Translations under genes and position numbers: made by a program | Origin: Dimorphilus gyrociliatus | Taxonomy: Eukaryota; Animalia; Annelida | Assembly: GCA_904063045.1 (NCBI GenBank) | Contig: CAJFCJ010000012.1 | Location: forward strand, 620,001-684,000 | Length of the DNA: 64,000 bases | Direction: 5' to 3' | Shown here: one piece after another, positions 55,134 to 64,000 of the stretch | Layout of the letters: each line of letters opens with the position of its first letter | Position numbering within the stretch: the first letter of the stretch is position 1 | The notes under the pieces: generated by a model | The model's input: only the letters and a program-made list of their open reading frames with translations | Databases searched by the model: none | What the model was told of the DNA's origin: nothing

Positions 55134-55847
55134 ATGTCGGAAAAACTAGCGCTTCCAAATTCCTCAGCCACCGGAGGATCAACATCGCGTCCAACGACAC
55201 CTCGACTAACTCCGAGATCTCCTAGGCATACTGTCGTTCATCAGCCTACCGATGCACTTGTGACAGAGTTTGATACTTTGTGGAGAGAGATAACACCAAC
55301 TGAACGTGAAAAAACATATCAGCCTGAAATTTTACCTAGAACGCCGGTAAAGAAATTAGAAAAGGAAGACTTTTCTCAAGATTCATCAATCCGGAATGAC
55401 GAAAGGAAAGAAAGCGATGATGACACTCGTCGACAATCTTTACAACCAAGTAGGATAGATAACTTTTTGTAAAATTTCTTAAACTAACTAATAGCTAACA
55501 AGTTTTCCTTTCTCTTCTGTAAAGTTTGGCATACAAGTCAATCGACAACAATAGTCTTGAATACAACTAATGAATCAAAAACTAGAGAACGACCTCTAGC
55601 TAGACCAAAAATTAATTCGGCAAATCCGTCGGCATTGAAATGTTATAATTGTGAAAAAGAAATAACAACATACTTTTATCACGTTTCCGGAAGATGTACT
55701 TACTTTACTTGCTTCGGTATTATGCTTATTGGAGGCTTATTGGGGTGTTGCCTTATACCTTTTCTAACGAATTTCTCCAAGGATCGAGTACATAAATGTC
55801 CGAATTGTCATATTGAATTAGGAAAGTATAAGCTACTATCATGGTAG
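55134..55847 (+). CDS. LITAF/SIMPLE-domain protein with long Pro/Thr/charged N-terminus
   Basis: Exons 55134-55449 and 55525-55847 in frame. CYNC..hydrophobic LLGCCLIPF..HKCPNC..LGKY is the LITAF signature. Confidence 0.9.
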
Positions 55848-56096
55848 TCAATGATCTTTATCTTAGTACAAAACGATATTTTTGAAGATGTCGATGAATA
55901 CTAATTATAATCACTTATGTTCGGAAATAAGATAATTAAGTTTCTGAGTTTGTTTTTGTATGTAGTAAGTGCATGTCAAACTAAGGAAATACAACTATAA
56001 GATTCCAATCATTTTGACAACTTCCTCCGATGTATTATAAAGTCATTTGCTAATTTATCAGCAAAAACGAAAATGCTACAATTTAGTAATAATAAG

Positions 56097-56912
56097 CTAT
56101 GAAAAGTTGTCTATATGACCAATAATTTTCATTATCTCAAGTTTACAGCATTGAGAGCTTTGTCTCTTAACCATATCACATCGAATAATTGATTTATAAG
56201 AACTTGTATTAGTTGAGAAATTTAAATCAACCATTTCTTCTAGTTCGTCTTCAGCTTTTCCGAAATGAGCAACATTTTCAATTTTCCACGATAAATTTCG
56301 CAGAAACCCTACAATTCCTTTCCTAGTGTCGTTCTTTGGATTTAATCTAGGGAAACAGATTGACAAAAAGAAGGCTCCTTCCTTATATTCCCTTCTCGTA
56401 ATTCTCACGTCAAGAAAATTTGATTCTGTTTCAAGCTTAATCAATATGCTATTCTTTTCAAACATAGCTGTAACATTTTTTGAGGTCAATTTTCCTAGTC
56501 TAAAGTTTTCCCAGGCAACTAATTCGTTACTTCCAACTTTAAATCCTTTGGTATTAATTAAAAAGTTTTTCGATTTAAAGATGATGTTAACTGAGTCAAT
56601 ATGATGTCCATCAAATGTTGTTGCTGTGATACTGAGTCCCATAGAGTCGTCACTGAAAAGTCGAACTGCACCTCCAGTTTCAATTCCAACATCATAACAT
56701 ATAGGGAAGTAGCCATGATCTCCAACTGCTATCATATGATATATTTGGGGTTGACTATCTAAAGAACCTAGTATGGCTATAATGAAAAATAAGAAACATA
56801 AGGTTTATGGAATTGAATTGTGGCAATAATAAATGTAAGTTTATTAGAAAAAAAGATACTTACTACTGATGAGAGCGAAACCAACGAAGGACGACAAAGA
56901 AAATACCTTCAT
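56097..56912 (-). CDS. Secreted stand-alone ITIH C-terminal-like domain protein (paralog C)
   Basis: Signal exon 56912-56864 (MKVFSLSSFVGFALIS) splices in phase 1 to 56776-56097. SQPQIYHM..FPICYDVG..VRLFSD..FLSICFP..GIVG..C is homologous to paralogs A and B. Confidence 0.78.
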
Positions 56913-57155
56913 CTCGCCTACAGGACGATGTTATCAGCTAAAAGATTAAAACGAATCATCCTACTTATATACCAATGTCCTTCTTGAGTAATGTTCACTT
57001 TTTGATGCAGGACACGTCAGCATTAAAAAACAACTATACTGTTAATTGAGCAATGTATGTATGTCTGGCTGGTCAAGTTTATTTTATATTGACCTAGATA
57101 ATAGTGAGAAAAAGAGAAAATAAAGGATGTCTTTTGCTGAAAAATTAGTGTAATG

Positions 57156-57837
57156 TTAATCGTCTTGATGAAGAGTTAGCTCGGTCTTTAAAACGACTGA
57201 TTTAATTATCTTTGACGATAAATGCATCTTTTTGCAAGCTTTCCATTCTTCTTCGAGTATTTCTTGATATTTCCTTACAAATACCGGTTGATCTTTCCAA
57301 AGAAAACCCCTCATAAAATGCCTTTTCATCATTATATCCGATGCCGTAACTATCCAACGATCATCGTGATCTTTAGAACCTAAAATAACGTTTCGAGGTT
57401 CATAAATGATTTTCATTTTCTTTGGATCGGAATTCGTTCGGTCTAAACGTTCTTTAGCCATTTTGTAAACATCGGCATGAGTAAATTGACCGGCATTACA
57501 TTGAAAGCAAACAGAAAGGGAATAATCAACATCTTTTGGATCAGTAGTTAAATGACGATGAAGTTTTTTGATTCCTCTCTTCTTATCTAAACCATGAGAT
57601 CTACAAATTAAAATAAGGAATATACGAATGACTTATTGTTTCTTAATCTAAAAAAGCATCATTTACCAACGAATAGATTCTAAATATAAGCATAGATAAT
57701 AAAAAAAACATAAAATAAATTTACGTATTTACGCTCTTCTTCCTTGGTCTTTCATCTCTTATTTCTTCATCTTTTGTAACTTCAAAAGCAACCTTTTTCT
57801 TCTTTGTCTTTTTCCTCTCTTTACCATTCGACGCCAT
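57156..57837 (-). CDS. Uncharacterised basic protein, possible RRM-like / LINE-ORF1-like region
   Basis: Exons 57837-57725 (MASNGKERKKTKKKKV.., phase 2) and 57600-57156 join into a stop-free frame. Lys-rich N-terminus. The family guess from WIVT..GFLWK.Q.VFVR is weak. Confidence 0.7.
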
Positions 57838-58891
57838 TTTAGTTAAAGAAATAATTTCAACAAAAAAAAAATTAATTATTCACAAGATTTACAGTCTTAC
57901 GAGAAATTAACTTATTCCTTAATTAATTTAGATATCGAATTCGCGTTTCCTTCCCCCTTCCCTTTTTTTTTGTTATCGATTAACTTATGATCTAATTAAT
58001 AGAAATATGTAAATTAATAAACAATGAAATTTCAACTGTTTTATTATTCCAATATAATCGTTTTATTCTGTTGGTAGAAAGTCATATTGATCATTCTGTG
58101 ATATTTATACATAGTTAATAAGATTTTGTTATACATTGTTCAATTACCAATATTAATTGAATGAGTTTCTAATGTTAGGGGACCGGAAAAGAAAAGAAAG
58201 CTTTAAACATATAATTTTCAAAAATATTGAACTTGACAGTTATACTATATATATTTAAATATATTCTATATCTTCACTATCTTTACTCTCAACTTGCAAG
58301 GACAAAAGGTGGAAAGATATATAAATATTTGTATTTAATCATGTAAATATTTTCTATAAGGAAGGAAATATTCTATATTTTCAATGTTAATCATAACGTT
58401 GGACTTATGATCATTATACTATTGAAAAGTAGAATGTTTTTATCTGTGCAACGCAAAGCAAATCTAGAAAAACAATAGAAGATAAAAGAATTATTTGAAT
58501 CCTTTCATCTAATTTCCGACTTTCAACCTATAAGAAATAGTTTTTAAATGAAAAAGATAGAGATAGATTAATTCTCTTCCTTATAAATTCATTTGCATTA
58601 GTATATATATATAGCACAAAGATATGTATATACTAGTATATATTGGTTATTTTAAACCAACAGTTATAAATATTTTGAATTCTTTGAACATATATTGCCT
58701 CTGAAAATTTAGGTTTAAAATCGAAAATCTTTGATGCCTATACTTTATATGTTATTTTTAATTTCTCATCAATACTTACATATCCGTTCAACTTCTTTAC
58801 GAATTAGATCAATCATTCAATAACATATTTATTGTATATCAGGAGATCCCGTAACTGTTATCATTTCTGCGTAGTGATGTGTTCCAACCGG

Positions 58892-59608
58892 ATGAGCAGT
58901 TTTCTTACCAAAGTCATTTTATTATATATTAGTATAATATGCTTTAAAAGAGGATTTTCTGATCCTTTAAATACGAAATATTATAGAACATTTGACGATG
59001 AAATCTCAAGTAAATTGCTGGAAAATCCGTTTGTTAGCGGACCAGACACTATCAATGGTAAAATGACGTTTTCGGAAACTGCTATACTTGGTAAATCATT
59101 AGATTTCACTAAAAATTCTTTCGTTATTTGGACAAATAGAAGAAATGAATGCTTTCTTTCACCTAATCTTTGTCAGAATGGCTTTTCATTATGCTTCTGG
59201 ATGAAAGCGTTTCGTCATAATCAACCGATGGCTGTCTATATTGCGAATGGCGCCCATTACAAGCAGTCCTACGGATTAGCCATATATGATCTTGGCCCAA
59301 TTCTTTCATTTGCAATATCAAATGGAACAACAAAGTATGGTGTAGCATTAAATAATATTTATGGAGTTTGGCAACACTACTGCATTACTTATAAAACTGA
59401 TTTTAATTTATATTTAAACGGTACCTGGTTGGGGAAAGGAATATCTGGTATAAAAAATATTACCAGTCCAATAGTACTTAACAATTTTTGTTTGGGAAAG
59501 GATCCTTATGCTAGTCAACAGTATTATAGTAAATTCTATTTAGATGAATTACGATTTTGGGAAGAGGAAAAAAATGCAACTTTTATTAAATATGTTCACG
59601 ATACCCAA
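58892..59608 (+). CDS. First coding exon of a secreted or membrane LamG/pentraxin-like protein (downstream exons not located)
   Basis: Signal peptide MSSFLTKVILLYISIICFKRGFS, then CFLSPNLCQNGFSLCFWMK..WQHYCITY..LYLNG..FCLG..YLDELRFW (concanavalin-like/LamG). Ends at a CAAG|GTAAAT donor. Confidence 0.82.
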
Positions 59609-62600
59609 GGTAAATAGTTTACGCATTCCTTGATTAATTGGATCATATGTAACATTTTATATAACATACTCATCTATTAACATGAGGTAAGCTACACGCG
59701 ATTAAGGTATATAGTAAAAATAGTCACATCTATGTTTGTATATACTATTATATAAAAATCATATTGGAAAGAAAAAACAACGACAAAAACTATAGACATC
59801 TCAAAATTTGAGAACATACTCATTTATATTATATGTATATAACATCAAGGGTACCTTAGCCAATTGAGGCCTAAGCTTATCAAATATACCTACACTCTCC
59901 ATCATATCTTCCCCACCAGCGACCAATCTACCCCTTGCTTGATTTAATTACAACATTTTTTTGCATATTCTATGAAAACAAACAGCTTTTTTAACAACTG
60001 AAAATGACTTAAATCTTACGTTACATAGTAATATACAGTATATACAACATATCTATATATATATATATATATACTTTAAGAATAAACTACAAATTTTCTA
60101 GCTTTTTTCTACAAGAGATAAAAGAATGTTTTGATAGCAAGTACTGTTTGAATATCAACTAGAAAATTCTTAAAATAACTGAAATTTTCAGCTATTTTTG
60201 AGGTAAGTAATTCGAAAAAGATAAAGCTTTCAGAATCGATTGTAGTATCTGGAAACTCTCCCTACCTCACACCAAAATTATTATCTAAATCTTCTTACTA
60301 GTAGAGAGGATGAATGTTTTCAATCACCTGCTTTAAACAGAAAGATCATGTCTTAGAAAAATATTTAAAAGTTCATTCTTACTAATTCTTTCTTTGTCTA
60401 TTCAATAAAAACGAAAAAAGTGGAAGAGATTGAGAATAGTTATTGACAAACTATACATTCTGATTCAATGAGGGAATACTATATAAATAATTATTAAAAA
60501 CTTGATATCTCATATCGTCTTTATTTTTGGCTGATCTGATATCTATAACATATATTTGACCTTTTGTTATGGTTTAAGATACGACTATGATTTGCAAAGA
60601 AATATTTTTACTTAATTAATAAATTCATTTTCAAAGGTTAAATTATAAAGTAAAAGAAAGATATAAAGGAAAACGTTTACATTTTTCTAGAAAAGCTCTA
60701 TGCTGCAATATTTACAAATTTATTTATTTGTATATTAAATGTTTATAAAGAATGATAAGAATTTTTCTTAAGAAAGAAAAAGATTTAAAGATAGAACTAT
60801 TACATCAAATATATTTTATATACTACAACTAAACTTTTGGTGCATCTGGCATCATCATCACTCAATCTAACTATTACTTTACTAGTTGCTCTCACTCCTT
60901 TCCAGAACTACTATAAGAGTTCAACTTACTAATCTCTTTCTTTTTCTGGCACCTGAATAAATAGCGATATATTAATGATTTAATATATATTTTTCACAAA
61001 ACATCTTAGGAATGTTTTTCCCAGTTACGAAATACCATTTCATGACGCAATACAGCGATTTTTTCTTTCATTATTTAGCCCCTAGATGACGCACTGAGTA
61101 ATACATTTTTTCCCCTTACTCTTTTGTAGATATCTAATATTTTCATTTTCAAATAAACAAAAGAGAGAGAGGGAGATGTTAATACTATTTAATAAATAAT
61201 TTAAAGAAGAAGATGATGATAATTGAACGACAAAACCATTTAGTCTAAGAAAAATCCAAAATTTACTACAATGTATTAAAAGGGAAGGTATACTTAACGT
61301 TAGGAAAACATATCTTTGAATGCAATTAAAAACAAAAGCAAGAGTAATAAATTAATTAGTAGATCTTTGAAAAAGAGAAGAATAATAGTAAACATTGCAA
61401 ACAGTAAAAAGAATGAGAGTAGTCCCACCTAGTCATAAGCTATTAAACGCAAAAGATAATTGATTACAGGAGTAGTTGGTACAGGAGAAATAGCTTATAC
61501 TAAACAAAATAGTTTTAAACTGGGCAAACAAAATCTAATTGTTATTGTTTAAATTTATTCACTCACTCTCTCTCTCTGTCTCTCTTTCTCTTTCTGCTTT
61601 TTCTGTCTTTATTATATAACCACCGCATAAATACTTTAGTAATAAAATTGTGTCAATTTCTATCAAAATAACAGATTATACAAAATAAAAAAAAGAATAA
61701 TTTTAATTTATTGTCTTCTTAATAAAATGCTTATATCTTAAGCTATTTAAAGAATATGATTAGTTTTACAGTAAATATTAATTAAAATGTCTAAATAAGA
61801 TCGCATTTCATCTTACAGAGTTGAGAAATTCACCGAACTTGCCAAAAGTATTTGGGGAATTTTTTTAAAAGTTTTTTTTTTTTACTTTTTATTTTAACTA
61901 AAAAGTTTTCTTAACTTGTCTAATAAAATTTTAATGTAAACATTATTTATGATAATAAACAGAATACTAAAATTATTAGAAATTTAATTCATGAATATTC
62001 ATTAATTAAGTTTTGAATATGGAACAACTCATTTTATCTTATTAAAATTCTCAAGATATTATTTATATGCATAAGTAGAATTGGAATGTAAATGGTTTTG
62101 TTCATTGTTTCAGTATATCTTGAACAGAATTGAATAAATTTTAAGTTGAATAGAAAAGAGAAGTTTTAAAAAGTAAACTTAAATGTGAGAAAAGTGCAAA
62201 CTGTTGATGAGAATATAAAAAACAAGTTTAAACTGATTGGGTAGGTAAGAGAGGAGAGAGAGAGAGAGAAAGGGAGAAAGAGAGAAAGTGGAGGAAAGTT
62301 AGGGCTGAGAGAAGAAAAAGGGATAGAGTAAAAGTTAGGTTATTTTCATCGAAACTAGTAGCTCATTTAAATAGACAAACTATCATAAGCAATTAATAAA
62401 TACAAGAATTCTTTTGATATAGTTTAAATGGTTAATGGATTCATTATCGGACATTAAAGAACGTTACTAAAATTATTGATAGCAACTGCAATGCATAAAC
62501 TATTATTTGAAATGGTAGGCTATAGTAATTCTTAGAAAGCGTTGTCCTATTTAATTTATGTATTATTCAACGGAATGCTAAATATCATAATAAACATAAT

Positions 62601-63654
62601 TATTACCCTATTATAGTGGGGCATAAATTAATAAAAGTGCTAAAATAATATCTTAAAATAAATAATAAGAGAATATTAAACTACACTACTTACAAGTTTA
62701 AGAAAGAATGCGTTTTTGAGGTAATAAATATGCAAATTAGGCGGGAAAAAGTTTGTACTTGAAAAAGAAAATGAATAATCCTTCAGGAATTTGTTTAGGA
62801 AACTCTTTACATTTCTAGTCGCGGTATGTAGTGCGCGCAAACAGTAAGCCTATACCATAGTTTGGAGAGGGCTCCAGCTTCCCAGCGTGACAAACTTTGC
62901 AAACATGTGATGCGAAGACGAAACCAGGCTAAGTGCAGATTGCGATACATTCTAAAACGTCTGCTTCTACCACTCTATCGAGTACGCCGTTTTTTTCTCT
63001 CTCTTCAATCTTTTTTGAATCAAATTTCCTCCATTTTTTCGAAAGAAAAAAGACTTTCACAAAGAGGTTTGCTTTAATTTTTCTTTATTTCATACCTTAA
63101 CTTAAAAAGCGCATGCTTCAATATTCGGACAGCCAGATATAGGCCTTTTCTCCGTAGTTGTAGAGCTACCCTGCACTGCAAAATGTTTGCTTGCATTCCT
63201 TTTGTTCTAGGCCTTGTTTTTCTCTGCAAGGTTTCCCTATACAATTTAATTAGGCATTTTTATTTTTAGTTCCTGTCTGAGGAGTTTGTGTAAAGGCTAA
63301 GTTGGATGGGTCTATACTGTTAATGTGACCTAGTTTTAATATGGGCTGCCAGCTGCATTTTATCCTATTTTGAAAGTTTTTTGTTTGCATGTTTTTCTTA
63401 AAAGTTTGGAAGATATATATTTCTTTAACAAAATCATTGATTTATTATTATTCCTATTACTTTTATATTTATAAATAATGCAACCATTTTTGTTTCATCT
63501 CCGCCTAATCAATTCAAAATTTTATCATATTTCTTTTATTTTTATTTTTCAATCGTTTCAACGATTTGTTATTATTTCTTCTTCCAAAGTTACCTGGATA
63601 TCTTACGGGGTGGTGTAAGAAAAAAAAGAGAGATAGACAGTCAGGCTGTGTGTG

Positions 63655-63658
<4 letters not shown>

Positions 63659-63712
<54 letters not shown>
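63659..63712. repeat. (AG)n microsatellite
   Basis: About 27 AG units. This explains the spurious RERE ORF at 63566. Confidence 0.97.
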
Positions 63713-63720
<8 letters not shown>

Positions 63721-64000
63721 TCAGAGAGAAGGGGAGGGTACAAGAGGAAAATAAGCAAAATAAAAAGCGAGAAAAAGAGACAAATAAATGAAAAAAGGGA
63801 TATAAGAACAAGAAAGGACTAAAGAAGAGAAAAACGTCTTGTACTGTTTAGTTCTACTCTTATATTTGCTTCCTCAAAAAACGACAAGTTTATGTTTTAG
63901 CTATTGAAAAAAAAATATGAGTGCGTTCCTTTTTTTTAAAAAAAAAAGAATGAAAATATTATGATTTTTTTAACGAATTTATTAAATTCTCCTTATCCAG

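Noticed and set aside
61819-61847. Possible micro-exon continuing the LamG gene (ELRNSPNLPK)
   Set aside because: Weak donor, no homology and no further exon found.
63566-63754. RERE-rich ORF
   Set aside because: Translation of an (AG)n microsatellite.

Overview
AT-rich animal genomic DNA with mostly very short (~55-90 nt) GT-AG introns, consistent with a compact lophotrochozoan genome; a dinophilid annelid such as Dimorphilus is my inference, not a verified assignment. Left part: a ZEB/zfh-1 zinc-finger-homeodomain gene on the minus strand (CDS 4501-8075, 5' end unresolved), followed upstream by a ~26 kb coding-free desert packed with clustered TF motifs. Right part is gene-dense: a lophotrochozoan-type NR1 nuclear receptor, a C-type-lectin/WSC transmembrane receptor, three secreted proteins with an ITIH C-terminal-like domain, a single-BIR IAP missed by the ORF track, FOXRED2, a LITAF-domain gene, an unknown gene and the first coding exon of a LamG-domain protein. 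Top findings: (1) the ZEB 3'UTR is a dense array of sites with seed plus extended 3' complementarity to many ancient miRNAs (miR-279, -31, -34, -7, -8, -277, -29, -92). This includes a 19/22-nt miR-279 site with the central-bulge geometry of target-directed miRNA degradation (TDMD) triggers. (2) The nuclear receptor has two phase-compatible, mutually exclusive ligand-binding-domain C-halves. (3) A WSC-like cassette sits in-frame inside a C-type lectin domain. (4) A GTTTGTCA motif recurs at least 19 times in the ZEB desert. All exon calls, counts and alignments were done by hand, and mature miRNA sequences are recalled from memory and need database confirmation.
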